Origin: Gammaproteobacteria bacterium | Lineage (GTDB): Bacteria; Pseudomonadota; Gammaproteobacteria; SZUA-152 | Direction of reading: 5' to 3' | Length of the DNA: 64,000 nucleotides | Assembly: GCA_050116575.1 (NCBI GenBank) | Contig: JASFOJ010000002.1 | Coordinates: forward strand, 559 to 64,558 | Part shown: one piece after another, positions 20,288 to 32,006 of the stretch | Layout: every line of letters starts with the position of its first letter | Numbering within the stretch: the first letter of the stretch is position 1 | Position numbers and translations under genes: made by a program | Notes under the pieces: model-generated | The model's input: the letters and a program-made list of their open reading frames with translations, nothing else | The model's database searches: none | Told to the model about the DNA's origin: nothing

Positions 20288-20821
20288 TCATTCAGGAGTA
20301 GCACCAACCACCGTTGGTAAACGCCGCAGTATCTGTTGCGCCGCAGAATCCAGCATATCCTGTTTCAACCGCGCTTCCTCGGTGGTTTTTCCCAGCACTT
20401 CATTGGCATTAAAGCGCAGATCACGCCGCAGGGTCAGCGTCTGGTCGGTCAACGAAGCGTCCTTGTTGTCCCTGTTATTGATTGAATAATTCACGACATA
20501 AATCAGCTCAAATTCCTGTACCTGACCCGCGGAGCTCACGGTCAGCACCCGGCGTTGAAAGGACTCGCTGCGAATTTTGATCACCACCTTGGCTTTATCG
20601 ATCTTCTGTAACGGCTTGATACCGTTTCGCCGTAAATGAATGTTCAAACTCGTGGCAATATCTGTCGCCGATTTGCCATCGTCGATCGCCACCTGCCTGG
20701 CTTCTGCGGGTAACTCAATGCTGCCGCGCAAATGAAAACCACAGGCTGTCAGTGCAGTCATCACGATTGACAACAATAGCAATCGGACAAACGCGGTGTT
20801 TAAGCCTGGCGATGTTAACAC
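20288..20821 (-). CDS. lptE: LPS-assembly lipoprotein LptE
   Basis: The 177-aa product has the lipobox LTACGFHLRG and sits immediately downstream of leuS. Confidence 0.8.
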   Translation of the reverse strand: MLTSPGLNTAFVRLLLLSIVMTALTACGFHLRGSIELPAEARQVAIDDGKSATDIATSLNIHLRRNGIKPLQKIDKAKVVIKIRSESFQRRVLTVSSAGQVQEFELIYVVNYSINNRDNKDASLTDQTLTLRRDLRFNANEVLGKTTEEARLKQDMLDSAAQQILRRLPTVVGATPE

Positions 20822-20835
20822 AGTGAGCAGTCCTT

Positions 20836-23337
20836 TTACTTGACCACGATATTGACCAGCCGCCCCGGCACCACAACAACCTTGACGATACTCTTACCCT
20901 CGACATGACGTTGGACGTTGTCATCCTGCATGGCAAGTTGTTCGATCTGCGCTTTGTCGGCAGCGGCGGGCACGGCAATTTTGCCGCGCAACTTGCCGTT
21001 GACCTGCACCACCAGTTCTATGGTGTCCTTGACCATGGCATCAGCATCCGGCGTTGGCCAGGGTGCGTCAAGAATATCATCGGAGCACCCGACACCTTGC
21101 CATATAACATGGGTCACGTGCGGTACGATGGGCGACAACAGGCGCAACAGGATATCAACGGCTTCGGCATAAACCGCCCGTGTTTGTTCATCACTACCGT
21201 CACGCATTTTTTCGATGACCGGCTGCAGGGTATTCACCATTTTCATGGTGGCAGCCACTACGGTGTTGAACTGGTATTTACCGACGTCGCGGTTGGCCTG
21301 TTCCAGTAATCCATGAATTTCGGCACGCATGTCTTTCAATTCGCCGTTCACCGTTTGCCAGTCAAATGATTCAAGCTTACCGCCCCCCAACCACTCGGTT
21401 AACACCGGCTGCTTGTCGTCATCGGCCGCCATGCGCCACAACCGTTTTAAAAAACGGAACGCGCCTTCGACGGCGTCGTCATTCCACTCGAGGGATTGTT
21501 CCGGCGGCGAGGCAAACATGGTAAACAGGCGCACCGTATCGGCGCCGTATTCCTCAATCAATGCCTGCGGGTCGACGGTATTGCCTTTGGACTTGGACAT
21601 CTTGGCGCCATCTTTTAACACCATACCTTGCGTTAACAGGTTAATAAACGGCTCATCGCTTTTGATTAAACCCGCATCACGCATTAACTTGTTATAAAAC
21701 CGCGCGTACAACAAATGCAAAATAGCGTGTTCGATACCGCCGATGTATTGGTCCACCGGCAACCAGTAATTGGCGCGTTCGTCCAGCATGCCGTCATCGT
21801 TGTCCCTGCAGGCATAACGGGCGAAGTACCACGATGATTCCATAAACGTATCAAAGGTATCCGTTTCCCGTTGCGCTTTACCACCGCACGCGGGACAGGT
21901 GGTTTCATAAAACGCCGGCATCTTTTTAATGGGCGACCCCACCCCTTCCATGGATACATCTTCCGGCAGCACCACCGGCAAATCGCTTTCCGGCACCGGC
22001 ACGGCGCCACAGCTATCGCAGTTGATAATGGGAATGGGCGCGCCCCAGTAGCGCTGGCGGGAGACCCCCCAGTCGCGTAAACGATAGTTGATTCGCAGCT
22101 GGCCCTTGTTGTCACTTTGCAGTTTGTTGGCGATGGCATCGAACGATTGCTGAAAGTCCATGCCGTCGAACTCGCCGCTGTCGAACAGGATACCTTTTTC
22201 TGTATAGGCGCCTTTGCTCAAATCCACCTTACGGTCATCCGCCGGCTTGATAACCTGCTTGATGGGCAAACCATATTTCTGCGCAAATTCCCAGTCGCGC
22301 TGGTCGTGGGCGGGCACGGCCATCACGGCACCCTCGCCATAGGACATTAATACAAAATTGGCCACGTATACCGGAACCTTGTCGCCGCTCAAAGGATGAA
22401 TCGCCTTAAGGCCGGTATCCATGCCTTTTTTCTCCATGGTTTCGAGATCGGCTTCCGAGGTACCACCGTGGCGGCACTCGTCAATGAACGCCTGTAACGC
22501 CTGGTTGTTTTCGGCAGCCTGTAATGCCAATGGATGTTCCGGCGCAACGGCGACATAACTGACCCCCATCAGGGTATCCGGACGGGTGGTAAATACTTTT
22601 AATCCTTCAGTTTGGCCTTCAATGCCGAAGACAATCTCCACCCCTTTGGACTTGCCAATCCAGTTGCGCTGCATGGCAATGACCTGCTCCGGCCAGCCGC
22701 TGAGATTATCCAGCTCGGCTAACAGCTCTTCCGCGTAATCGGTAATTTTCATAAACCATTGCGGAATATCGCGGCGTTCCACTTCGGTATCGCAGCGCCA
22801 GCACTTGCCTTCGATCACCTGTTCGTTGGCCAGCACGGTCATGTCGTTGGGGCACCAGTTCACCGGCGCGGTCTTTTTGTAAACCAGGCCCTTGTCGAAC
22901 AAACGGGTAAACAGCCATTGTTCCCAGCGATAGTACTTGGGATGGCAGGTGGCCAGTTCGCGGTCCCAGTCATAACCAAAGCCCAGACGTTTTAACTGGG
23001 TGCGCATGTAATCTATGTTTTCATAAGTCCATTTGGCGGGCGGCACCTTGTTTTTAATGGCTGCATTTTCCGCCGGCATGCCGAAGGCGTCCCAGCCCAT
23101 GGGTTGTAAAACGTTTTTACCCTGCATGCGCTGATAGCGCGCAATAACATCGCCAATGGTGTAGTTGCGCACATGCCCCATGTGCAACCGGCCGCTGGGA
23201 TAGGGAAACATGGACAGGCAGTAAAATTTTTCCTTTTGCCCGTCGTGGTCCGGGGCGCGGAAACTGCCGTTTTTTTCCCAGTGTTGTTGTGCCCCGGTTT
23301 CAATCTCCCGGGGGTCGTAATGTCGTTTTAATGTCAT
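20836..23337 (-). CDS. leuS: Leucine--tRNA ligase
   Basis: It has the [12 protein letters not shown] (HIGH) and KMSKSKGN (KMSKS) motifs. The start was taken at the internal ATG ([13 protein letters not shown]), which matches LeuS N-termini. The ORF track extends it to 23397. Confidence 0.95.
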   Translation of the reverse strand: MTLKRHYDPREIETGAQQHWEKNGSFRAPDHDGQKEKFYCLSMFPYPSGRLHMGHVRNYTIGDVIARYQRMQGKNVLQPMGWDAFGMPAENAAIKNKVPPAKWTYENIDYMRTQLKRLGFGYDWDRELATCHPKYYRWEQWLFTRLFDKGLVYKKTAPVNWCPNDMTVLANEQVIEGKCWRCDTEVERRDIPQWFMKITDYAEELLAELDNLSGWPEQVIAMQRNWIGKSKGVEIVFGIEGQTEGLKVFTTRPDTLMGVSYVAVAPEHPLALQAAENNQALQAFIDECRHGGTSEADLETMEKKGMDTGLKAIHPLSGDKVPVYVANFVLMSYGEGAVMAVPAHDQRDWEFAQKYGLPIKQVIKPADDRKVDLSKGAYTEKGILFDSGEFDGMDFQQSFDAIANKLQSDNKGQLRINYRLRDWGVSRQRYWGAPIPIINCDSCGAVPVPESDLPVVLPEDVSMEGVGSPIKKMPAFYETTCPACGGKAQRETDTFDTFMESSWYFARYACRDNDDGMLDERANYWLPVDQYIGGIEHAILHLLYARFYNKLMRDAGLIKSDEPFINLLTQGMVLKDGAKMSKSKGNTVDPQALIEEYGADTVRLFTMFASPPEQSLEWNDDAVEGAFRFLKRLWRMAADDDKQPVLTEWLGGGKLESFDWQTVNGELKDMRAEIHGLLEQANRDVGKYQFNTVVAATMKMVNTLQPVIEKMRDGSDEQTRAVYAEAVDILLRLLSPIVPHVTHVIWQGVGCSDDILDAPWPTPDADAMVKDTIELVVQVNGKLRGKIAVPAAADKAQIEQLAMQDDNVQRHVEGKSIVKVVVVPGRLVNIVVK

Positions 23338-23676
23338 ATGGCCTGGCCCAAAATTCTGATTGACTCTTGTGTCCGTATTTTTATCCGCAACGTGCACGTA
23401 CTGGCAGCCAGCCTGCTGCCACGCGCCCGACTCCAGCCAAGCGACTGATTTTACAGGATTTCCCTGTTTTGTGCAGCGGGTTGGTCAAAGGGGATAAGAA
23501 TACCGCAGTCCAATCACCCGCCACAACAACGCCCTGTGCAAAGCAGCATTGTCTTTTCAGGCTTACCGGCCAGATGGGGCAAACGCTACGTTACTATAAC
23601 ATTGATAATCAATGAATTATAAAAAAGGGGCAGGCGTGCCCCCTTTTGGTGGGTGCAGCGAACCTGGCGGGATACG

Positions 23677-25095
23677 CTAGTAAACACCAACGTCGAGATA
23701 GGTTTGGGAGATTTTCTTGGCGGCCACCGCATAGGCGGCGGTGCGGAAGTCGTCAATGCGCTCGTGACTGTCTCGCAGTTGTTTGATGTCCTGGAACGCC
23801 AGGCGCATGCTGTCATCCAGTCCGGAACGGACCAGGGCGAATTCATCCGCACCGCTTTGCAGTTTGGAGTTGATATGGTCCGGCAATTGGAGCCCGGTGA
23901 GCGTCTGGATGGCATCGGCAATATGAAAACCCCGTTGTTCGTCAAAGCGCCGTTGCATACGACCAAAGCGAATATGGGAGATATTCTGAATCCATTCAAA
24001 ATAGGACACCACCACGCCGCCGGCATTGGCATAGGCATCAGGCAACACCTGCACGCCGCGCTGGCGCAGGATTTCGTCCGCCTCAAAGGTCACCGGGCCA
24101 TTGGCCGCTTCGACGATCAAACGGCATTTAATGCGGGAAGCGTTTTCCCTGTGGATTTGCCCTTCCACGGCGGCGGGAATCAAAATGTCGCAGTCGGTTT
24201 CCAATACCCGGGCGCCGTCGTTTTCAAACCGGCCATCGGGATAACCGTCCAGGGTTTTATGTTCCATTTTATGGCGATAGACGTTTTCCACCGACAGACC
24301 TTCTTCATTGATCACGGCGCCGGAACTGTCGATAATGGCGATAATCTTGGCGTCGTCTTCTTCGGAAAGAAACTTGGCGGCGTGGTAGCCCACGTTGCCC
24401 AACCCCTGCATGACGATACGCTTACCGCCCAAACCCGGTGTTAGCCCGGCCTGTTCCACGCTGTCGGCGTGGCGAAAAAACTCCTGCAGCGCGTATTGCA
24501 CACCGCGTCCCGTGGCTTCGGTGCGTCCCTGGATGCCACCGTATTCCACCGGTTTACCGGTGACGCAGGCTATATAGTTAATGTCATCAGGGTGCAGGTG
24601 TTTGTAGGTATCCGCCATCCAGGCCATTTCCCGCTGCCCGGTGCCCAGATCCGGGGCCGGTACGTTGGTGGCCGGACTGAGAAACCCTTTGCGCACCAGT
24701 TCCAGGGTGAAACGGCGGGTGATCAGCTGCATTTCATCGCGGGTAAATTGGGTGGGATCGATCAGCAATCCCCCCTTGGAGCCGCCGAAGGGCACATCGA
24801 CAATGGCACATTTGTAGGTCATTAACGCCGCCAGGGCCTCGATGTCATTCTGGTTGATCACCGGCGCGTAACGAATACCGCCCTTGGACGGCAAGCGGTG
24901 CGTGCTGTGGACCGCACGCCAACCGGTAAATACCTGAATCTGGCCGCGAATTTTGACGGGAAACTGGACCTGGAGCACCGCGCTGCACGCCTTAATCGCC
25001 TGCGCAACCCCGCAATCCAGTTGCAATACGTCCAGCGCCCGGTCGAGCATACAATCGACGCTTTGACGAAAATTCATTTCCTTTTGCCGGGCCAT
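23677..25095 (-). CDS. Glutamate dehydrogenase (Glu/Leu/Phe/Val dehydrogenase family)
   Basis: The 472-aa product has the DVPFGGSKGG motif and a GLGNVGYHAAKF Rossmann dinucleotide loop. Confidence 0.85.
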   Translation of the reverse strand: MARQKEMNFRQSVDCMLDRALDVLQLDCGVAQAIKACSAVLQVQFPVKIRGQIQVFTGWRAVHSTHRLPSKGGIRYAPVINQNDIEALAALMTYKCAIVDVPFGGSKGGLLIDPTQFTRDEMQLITRRFTLELVRKGFLSPATNVPAPDLGTGQREMAWMADTYKHLHPDDINYIACVTGKPVEYGGIQGRTEATGRGVQYALQEFFRHADSVEQAGLTPGLGGKRIVMQGLGNVGYHAAKFLSEEDDAKIIAIIDSSGAVINEEGLSVENVYRHKMEHKTLDGYPDGRFENDGARVLETDCDILIPAAVEGQIHRENASRIKCRLIVEAANGPVTFEADEILRQRGVQVLPDAYANAGGVVVSYFEWIQNISHIRFGRMQRRFDEQRGFHIADAIQTLTGLQLPDHINSKLQSGADEFALVRSGLDDSMRLAFQDIKQLRDSHERIDDFRTAAYAVAAKKISQTYLDVGVY

Positions 25096-25375
25096 GGTAA
25101 CTTCCTGCTGCTATGAATGTATTGGCACTTTATTTTATGTTCGACAACCGCGAGTAAACCTTGAGACAAAAGAATGTGAGCCAATCCCCTCAATGGGTGA
25201 CATCAATCCAGGTCGAACTAATGTACCGTACCGGCTTCGATTTCGGCGGGATCCGGGCCGGTAACATTGATATCCATCTGGAGGCTCTTTAAACTACCTG
25301 TAGCTATCCACGCCCCATTGGGATAACTCACCAAAAACGATTACCAAGAAGAATCAAGAATATTGCGGCTATGTA

Positions 25376-26080
25376 ATGATGAAAAATATAACGCTGGTAA
25401 GTAAATGTTTGCGAAACCTCGTGGTGACTGTTGGACTCGCTTTGTTCCAGACTCAGCCAGGCTTCGCCGCAAGCAACACACCCGGGTTGTTTTTCTTCGG
25501 AGCAGGAATGGGTCCCGTCGATTATTCATCGGCAAATTTTATTGCCGATAATTTTCAAAACGAAGTGGCCGCACAACTGCCGGGCATATCGCCGTCTTAC
25601 AACAAAGACAACACTGATACCGGCGTTCGTATCACGGGTGGCTACCAGTTCAACAAGAACCTCTCCGCCGTTTTTAGCTTCACTGACCTGGGACAGTATA
25701 CGTTTAACGGCACCGGCACCGGCGGCACAAATATCGTCTCCTATGACGTAACGGCCAATACGTTTGGCATTGAACTGGGCGGCGAACTGGCTTTTCCGGT
25801 GATGAACAACAAGCTTATCCCCTATGCCAACGCCGGCTTGTTCATCTGGTCCTCCGAAGCGGAATGGACGGTACTATCCGCCATCGATGGGAAGAGCCAC
25901 GGATCAGCTACCGACGATGGCAATGACTTCGTCTATGGCATCGGCGCCAATTATTTTTTCAATGAATATGTAGGAGTGGGTGTCACCTGGAAACGCTATG
26001 ACATTAATAGCGTCTATGGCGACAACGGGATTAAAATTGATTTCCTGTCGTTGAACTTCACGTTTACACCGGGTAGCTAG
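25376..26080 (+). CDS. Outer-membrane beta-barrel protein (OmpA-N/OmpW-like small porin)
   Basis: It has a signal peptide, alternating aromatic/hydrophobic beta-strand periodicity and a C-terminal F-x-F...TF ending typical of 8-10 strand OM barrels. Confidence 0.55.
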   Translation: MMKNITLVSKCLRNLVVTVGLALFQTQPGFAASNTPGLFFFGAGMGPVDYSSANFIADNFQNEVAAQLPGISPSYNKDNTDTGVRITGGYQFNKNLSAVFSFTDLGQYTFNGTGTGGTNIVSYDVTANTFGIELGGELAFPVMNNKLIPYANAGLFIWSSEAEWTVLSAIDGKSHGSATDDGNDFVYGIGANYFFNEYVGVGVTWKRYDINSVYGDNGIKIDFLSLNFTFTPGS

Positions 26081-26087
26081 CCGTCAT

Positions 26088-27611
26088 TTATTGGGTAGTG
26101 TTTTTTGTGTAGCGGAAGCCCGCAAGCAACATCAGGCAACAAACCGCCAGCACCAGGTAATTCCCCACCATCACGTAAAGCGTCGCTCCCTGCATGGGTT
26201 GAAATTTTGCCGTCAGCACATCCTGCGTAAATTGGGGCGCACTGGCAATGATATTACCATTATCGTCAATCACCGCGGATATGCCGTTGTTGGTGGCCCT
26301 CAACATGGGCCGCGCCGTTTCCAATGCCCGCGCCTGGGCTTTTTGCAAATGCTGATGCGGCGCCAGCGAATCGCCAAACCAGGCGTCGTTGCTGATATTG
26401 ATCAAAAAATTCGCCGCCGGTAATCCTTTTATTACCTCTTCACCGAAGGCGTCCTCGTAGCAAATGGACACAGCGCCCTTTAACCGCCCCATGGTCACTA
26501 CCGGCTTGTGTACAGCGCTGCTGCTGAAATCCGACATGGGGATGTCCATGAACGCCAGCAGGTCACCCAGCAACCATTTAAAAGGTATGAATTCACCAAA
26601 CGGCACCAGGTGATATTTACGATAGACTTCCATGGCGCCGTCATTTAACACCACGGCACTGTTGTAGTATTTCCTGGTGCCGTTTTTCATTTCCAGCGAA
26701 GGCAGGCCGATTAATACACTGGTATGATGGCGGCGCGCTTCGGCACCCAGTTTTGTCAGAAAATCCTTTGCCTGATGCAAATAAGCCGGCAACGCTGTTT
26801 CCGGCCAGATAATAATATCGCTTTGCCAGTTGGCGCGGGTCAGCCGGGTATATAAATCAATGGTGGGCTGGCGCTGTTGGGGAAGCCATTTTACTTCCTG
26901 CCCAATATTGCCCTGAATAAGGCTGGCGGTAACCGGCGGTCCATCGGGCTGCGACCATGGCACCAGCATTAATAGCCCGCTAACCGACAATATCCCGATC
27001 AATAACCCGCCGTCTTTTGCCACCGCACGAGGCGATTCAAACACAAACACCGCCAGGCAACCGGCACATACCGCTACCGCCAACGAAACACCATACACGC
27101 CGGCAACCGGAAACAATCCCGACAATGGCGATAATACCTGGCTGTAGCCGATATCAATCCACGGGAAACCGGTAAACAACCAGCCCCGCACCCATTCCAG
27201 TAGCACCAACAAAGCCGGAAACAACAGTAGCAGGGTAACGCGCGGCGATGCCGCGGCAAAAAACCTTTTTGCCAGATAGCCCGCTCCGCCAATGTACAGC
27301 GATACAAACAGTACCAGTAACGCCGTCAACGCAATGGACAGCGGCAGCGACATCCCCCCGAAGCGCACCATGCTGATGGATACCCAGGAAATTCCGAACC
27401 CGAAATACCCCAGTCCAAACACATAGCCGCGCAGAAAAACCCGACTGGGCCGTTGCGTGTTTTGCCAGATGTAAAACAACGCGGCCAGTGAAACAAACAC
27501 CAGTGGAAATAAATCAAAAGGCGCAAACGCCAGGGGAACAAGGGCACCAAACAACAGCGCGGCCAGTTCGCCGCGCCAGTCCTGTAAATACCGGGAAAGT
27601 TTGTTCTTCAC
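26088..27611 (-). CDS. lnt: Apolipoprotein N-acyltransferase
   Basis: The 507-aa product has N-terminal multi-TM helices plus a CN-hydrolase domain (catalytic VSICYEDAF context), and sits next to corC as in E. coli. Confidence 0.9.
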   Translation of the reverse strand: MKNKLSRYLQDWRGELAALLFGALVPLAFAPFDLFPLVFVSLAALFYIWQNTQRPSRVFLRGYVFGLGYFGFGISWVSISMVRFGGMSLPLSIALTALLVLFVSLYIGGAGYLAKRFFAAASPRVTLLLLFPALLVLLEWVRGWLFTGFPWIDIGYSQVLSPLSGLFPVAGVYGVSLAVAVCAGCLAVFVFESPRAVAKDGGLLIGILSVSGLLMLVPWSQPDGPPVTASLIQGNIGQEVKWLPQQRQPTIDLYTRLTRANWQSDIIIWPETALPAYLHQAKDFLTKLGAEARRHHTSVLIGLPSLEMKNGTRKYYNSAVVLNDGAMEVYRKYHLVPFGEFIPFKWLLGDLLAFMDIPMSDFSSSAVHKPVVTMGRLKGAVSICYEDAFGEEVIKGLPAANFLINISNDAWFGDSLAPHQHLQKAQARALETARPMLRATNNGISAVIDDNGNIIASAPQFTQDVLTAKFQPMQGATLYVMVGNYLVLAVCCLMLLAGFRYTKNTTQ

Positions 27612-27619
27612 ATTATTAT

Positions 27620-27935
27620 TTTGAGTTCAATTGAAGCAATTTCGGATCGATCTAAAATACTCTTTAAACGCAAAGACGCGAAGTCGCAAAGATACAAAAA
27701 ACTGACATCACGCATTCACGCCGGGGTTACTGTTAACTTTCTCACTAAAATTAACAGGAATAGATCCTGTGATTATTGTTGCTTCTGGTAGATAACAAGT
27801 CACGTCAGCTTTATCAACACTGTTGCGGCAATCTATACGAATTGCCAATACTTTCTTTACGCCTTTCTTTACGCCTTTACGCCTTTGCGCCTTTGCGCCT
27901 TTGCGCCTTTGCGCCTTTGCGCCTTTGCGTTGAAA
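27620..27935. repeat. Intergenic inverted-repeat element B including an 8-bp microsatellite (CCTTTGCG)x6 plus degenerate units
   Basis: The left arm at 27666-27695 is aaacgcaaagacgcgaagtcgcaaagatac. The right arm at 27852-27930 is tandem cctttacg/cctttgcg units, with six perfect units at 27881-27928. It abuts the corC stop and precedes the lnt start. Confidence 0.7.
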
Positions 27936-27942
27936 TGAATTA

Positions 27943-28836
27943 TCAGGCAACGCCGGCTTTTTCAGCGTCACTTTTGCCCTCGTCCAGCAGCGTAATTTGC
28001 AGCAGATATATCCGGCGGCTGTCGGCCCGCAATACCTTGAAGCGAAACCCGTCAATGGTGACGACTTCGCCACGCTTGGGCATACGGCCGAATTCATGGA
28101 TCAACAAGCCGCCAATGGTGTCGAATTCATCTTCCGGAAAATTTACGGAAAAAATTTCGTTGAATTCATCAATGGGTGTTAACGCCTTGGCAGTATAGCG
28201 GCTATCGGAATGCTTGATAATAAACAGATCATCCTCGATATCATGTTCGTCTTCGATATCGCCGACGATTTGTTCCAATACGTCCTCAATGGTAATCAGG
28301 CCCGCAACCCCGCCATATTCATCGACAACGATCGCCATGTGATTGCGATTGGCGCGGAAATCGCGCAACAGAACATTCAGCCGCTTGCTTTCCGGTATAA
28401 ATACCGCGGGGCGCAACGAATCACGAATATTAAAAGGCTGCTGGTCTTTCTGCGCAAAAAACGGCAACAAATCCTTGGCCAGCAGTATGCCCAATACTTC
28501 ATCCCGGTTATCACCGATTACCGGAAAACGGGAGTGAGCCGATTCGATAATCAACGGCAGAAACTCCTCCGGTGAATCATTATGGTTGATTACCGCCATT
28601 TGGGTTCGGGGAATCATAACGTCGCGAACCTGCATTTCCGATACTTCGAGAACCCCCTCGATCATGGACAACGCATCGAAGTCCAGCAGGTTGCGGTGCT
28701 GGGCATCACGCAGCAACCTGGTTAGTTCTCCCCGGTCTTTGGGCTCGCGCAACAACGCGTAACTCAACATATGCAGCCAGTTGCGATGCTGCCCATCGTC
28801 CTTGTGGGCAGCGCGTCTAGATCGGTCTTCGTTCAT
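27943..28836 (-). CDS. corC: Mg2+/Co2+ efflux-associated protein CorC (YbeX; CBS pair + CorC_HlyC)
   Basis: The 297-aa product has CBS domains (VRDVMIPRTQM) and the C-terminal CorC-HlyC transporter-associated domain. Confidence 0.9.
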   Translation of the reverse strand: MNEDRSRRAAHKDDGQHRNWLHMLSYALLREPKDRGELTRLLRDAQHRNLLDFDALSMIEGVLEVSEMQVRDVMIPRTQMAVINHNDSPEEFLPLIIESAHSRFPVIGDNRDEVLGILLAKDLLPFFAQKDQQPFNIRDSLRPAVFIPESKRLNVLLRDFRANRNHMAIVVDEYGGVAGLITIEDVLEQIVGDIEDEHDIEDDLFIIKHSDSRYTAKALTPIDEFNEIFSVNFPEDEFDTIGGLLIHEFGRMPKRGEVVTIDGFRFKVLRADSRRIYLLQITLLDEGKSDAEKAGVA

Positions 28837-29318
28837 AGTGTGTTTGTTTCTCCGTATGGATTGGGAAAGCCCAGTTTCGATAATATATTGATTTCCGTTG
28901 TTTCCATTTCGTCGGCCTCGGTTTCGCTAATATGGTCAAAGCCCAGCAGATGCAAGACACCGTGGATGACCATATGGGCCCAATGTTGCTCGGCCGATTT
29001 ACCTTGCTCTTCGGCTTGCCGCGCGACCACCGGCGCACAGATAACAATATCTCCCAACAGCGGTACGTTGACGCCTGGCAGGGGTTCGTAGGGGAATGCC
29101 AGCACGTTGGTCGCCTGATTTTTGTGCCGATATTGAGCATTCAACTGTGCTATTTCCCGTTCGCCTACGACGCGAATACCGAGTTGCACCGTGTCATCAC
29201 GGGCTAATTCCTGCAGCAAACGCGAAACCCAGCGCTCCAGTGTGGGCAGGTCTGGCAGATAGCTTTCGCACAGAGTGTCTTCGGTAATCTGGTAATCTAT
29301 GTCGATGTTCGCGGTCAA
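28833..29318 (-). CDS. ybeY: Endoribonuclease YbeY (rRNA maturation)
   Basis: It has the HGVLHLLGFDH zinc-binding motif. Confidence 0.9.
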   Translation of the reverse strand: MTANIDIDYQITEDTLCESYLPDLPTLERWVSRLLQELARDDTVQLGIRVVGEREIAQLNAQYRHKNQATNVLAFPYEPLPGVNVPLLGDIVICAPVVARQAEEQGKSAEQHWAHMVIHGVLHLLGFDHISETEADEMETTEINILSKLGFPNPYGETNTL

Positions 29319-30367
29319 TCCTGGCCGTTACCTTTTTTTGGTTGTTTACCTTTGGGTTGTTCGCCTTTGGGTTTATCGCTGCGCTTGTTTGTCTCCACCG
29401 ACTCGTACTGTTCGTAAGCGCTGACGATTTTTTGCACCAGCGGATGGCGCACCACGTCTTTGGCTTTAAAAAAGGTAAAGCTGATACCTTCCACACTGTT
29501 CAAGACATCGATGACATGGCGCAATCCGGACTGGCTACCGCGGGGTAAATCGGTCTGCGTAACGTCACCGGTCACCACCGCCGTGGAGCCAAAGCCGATG
29601 CGCGTGAGGAACATTTTCATTTGTTCCACCGTGGTATTCTGGGCTTCATCGAGAATAATGAACGATTCATTGAGTGTACGGCCGCGCATATAGGCAAGGG
29701 GTGCGATCTCAATAACGTCTCGCTCGATGAGCTTGGCAACCCGTTCAAAACCCAGCATTTCATACAACGCGTCATATAAAGGCCGTAAATACGGATCGAC
29801 TTTTTGCGCCAGGTCACCGGGTAAAAATCCCAACCGTTCACCGGCCTCCACGGCAGGCCGCGCAAGAATGAGCCGGCGGACTTTTTCTTTCTCCAGAGCT
29901 TCAACGGCACAGGCAACTGCCAGGTAGGTTTTACCGGTACCGGCCGGACCCACCCCGAAATTAATATCGTGGGTCAAGATGCTCTTCATATAATGTTGCT
30001 GATTGCGGCCCCGGCCTTTTACCTTGCCCTTGCGCGTAGTGATAATCACTTCTTCAACGGGCTCATCCTGTCCAGCCTGGTCAAGCCTGGCGTCAACACC
30101 GGCTTCCTGCAAAAACAAGTGCACCCGGCCCGCGGTCAACATTGAGAGTTCTGTTTCAGCGTACAGCTCTTTTAATACTTCACCTGCCGCCACTACCGAA
30201 TACTGATCGCCGATAACGTTGAAGGTATTACCACGATTATTAATTTCAACACCCAAACGCCGCTCGATCTGGCGCAAATGCCCGTCAAACTGGCCGCACA
30301 GGTTAGCCAGGCGTTCGTTGTCTGTTGGTTCAAGAGTAAAACTGTGGGATTGTGGTTGGCTACTCAA
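29315..30367 (-). CDS. ybeZ: PhoH-like ATPase YbeZ
   Basis: It has a Walker A GPAGTGKTYLAV and the PhoH family architecture. Confidence 0.9.
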   Translation of the reverse strand: MSSQPQSHSFTLEPTDNERLANLCGQFDGHLRQIERRLGVEINNRGNTFNVIGDQYSVVAAGEVLKELYAETELSMLTAGRVHLFLQEAGVDARLDQAGQDEPVEEVIITTRKGKVKGRGRNQQHYMKSILTHDINFGVGPAGTGKTYLAVACAVEALEKEKVRRLILARPAVEAGERLGFLPGDLAQKVDPYLRPLYDALYEMLGFERVAKLIERDVIEIAPLAYMRGRTLNESFIILDEAQNTTVEQMKMFLTRIGFGSTAVVTGDVTQTDLPRGSQSGLRHVIDVLNSVEGISFTFFKAKDVVRHPLVQKIVSAYEQYESVETNKRSDKPKGEQPKGKQPKKGNGQD

Positions 30368-30380
30368 ATCGTCTCACTAC

Positions 30381-31754
30381 TCACGCGTATTGAACAACGT
30401 CTTCACCGGATTTACGAATGCCTTCGTCAATCATAACGACCTCGCCGCGAAGGGAATTGGGCAATGCCTCGGTGATCCGCACATTCACGAATTCGCCTAT
30501 TAACCGGGAATGACCATCAAAATTAACGACACGATTGTTTTCGGTACGGCCCGCAAGCTGGCCTGGATCTTTTTTGGAAGGTCTTTCGACCAGAATTTTC
30601 TCAATATTGCCCACCATGGATTCACTGATCGCCTGAGCCATTTGATTAATTTTTGCCTGTAAAGTTGCCAAACGCCGCTTTTTTACCTCTATCGGCACAT
30701 CGTCAACAAAATTTGATGCCGGCGTGCCCGGCCGCGGGCTGTAAACGAAACTGAATGAATGATCAAATTCAATATCCTCGATCAGCTTCATGGTGTCATT
30801 GAAATCCTTGTCGGTTTCTCCGGGAAAACCCACGATAAAATCCGAAGACAGGCTGATATCCGGCCGGGCTTCCCGCAATTTGCGAATTTTGTCCTTATAC
30901 TCCAGCGCCGTATGGCCGCGTTTCATCATGGCCAGTACCCGGTCCGATCCACTTTGTACCGGCAAATGGACGTGACTGACCAGCTCCGGCACTTCGGCAA
31001 ACGCCTGGATCAGGGAATCGGAAAACTCCACGGGATGAGAAGTGGTGAAACGAATACGTTCAATACCGTCAATGGCCGCCACGAACCGGATCAACAACGC
31101 CAGGTCAGCGGCATCACCGTCGTGCATTGGGCCCCGGTATGCATTGACGTTTTGCCCCAGTAGATTCACTTCCTTGACGCCCTGCGCTGCCAGCGTCGCC
31201 ACTTCAGCGATCACATCATCGAAGGGACGGCTGATTTCGTCGCCGCGGGTATAAGGCACTACGCAAAACGTGCAATACTTGCTGCAGCCTTCCATGATGG
31301 ACACAAAGGCCGTGGCACCTTCGGCACGGGGCTCGGGCAGGTTGTCAAATTTTTCTATTTCCGGAAATGACACATCAACCACGGCGGCACGGCGCTGTTG
31401 TTGATCGGTGAGCATTTGGGGTAAACGATGCAGGGTTTGCGGGCCGTAAACCAGGTCCACATAAGGAGCCCGTGCGCGGATGGCATCACCTTCCTGGCTG
31501 GCAACACAGCCACCCACACCAATAACAATGGCCGGGTTGGCTTCCTTGAGTTCCCGCCAGCGGCCCAGTTGCGAGAACACTTTTTCCTGCGCTTTTTCGC
31601 GCACGGAACACGTGTTCAGCAATAGCACATCCGCCTGATGTTCATTTTGCGCCAGTTCCAGTCCGTGACTTTCCTTGAGCAACTCCGCCGTTTTGGCAGA
31701 GTCATACTCATTCATCTGGCAACCGAATGTTTTAATAAACAAGGTTCGTGGCAT
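30381..31754 (-). CDS. miaB: tRNA-2-methylthio-N6-dimethylallyladenosine synthase
   Basis: It has an N-terminal MTTase domain ([14 protein letters not shown]), a radical-SAM CxxxCxxC motif and a TRAM domain. Confidence 0.95.
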   Translation of the reverse strand: MPRTLFIKTFGCQMNEYDSAKTAELLKESHGLELAQNEHQADVLLLNTCSVREKAQEKVFSQLGRWRELKEANPAIVIGVGGCVASQEGDAIRARAPYVDLVYGPQTLHRLPQMLTDQQQRRAAVVDVSFPEIEKFDNLPEPRAEGATAFVSIMEGCSKYCTFCVVPYTRGDEISRPFDDVIAEVATLAAQGVKEVNLLGQNVNAYRGPMHDGDAADLALLIRFVAAIDGIERIRFTTSHPVEFSDSLIQAFAEVPELVSHVHLPVQSGSDRVLAMMKRGHTALEYKDKIRKLREARPDISLSSDFIVGFPGETDKDFNDTMKLIEDIEFDHSFSFVYSPRPGTPASNFVDDVPIEVKKRRLATLQAKINQMAQAISESMVGNIEKILVERPSKKDPGQLAGRTENNRVVNFDGHSRLIGEFVNVRITEALPNSLRGEVVMIDEGIRKSGEDVVQYA

Positions 31755-32006
31755 ATATCTCTTTCATCGCCTCTATTTGCAAGAATAGCATATTAAGCAC
31801 GCGGAGTCTCAAGACCTCCGTCACAAAATAATGGTTTTTCCACTCATACCTGGTTGATTTTATTGGATATAATCCGAGGATCGCGGGCGGCCATTGATTT
31901 TGGGGCGAGTGAGTCTAACGCAAATTGGATGAAATAACCACTGCAACAGCGTCGGGAACACCCCGGAAATCAGGTAAAAATCCTTGATTCCCGGGGTGTT
32001 AGAGAT

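Noticed and set aside
27852-27930. Possible CRISPR array (short direct repeats)
   Set aside because: The units are 8 bp and directly tandem, with no spacers. This is a microsatellite inside an inverted-repeat element, not CRISPR.
27708-28097. 129-aa minus-strand ORF with KGAKAQRR repeats
   Set aside because: It is an in-frame translation of the 8-bp tandem repeat and it overlaps the corC 3' end. It is an artefact of the repeat.
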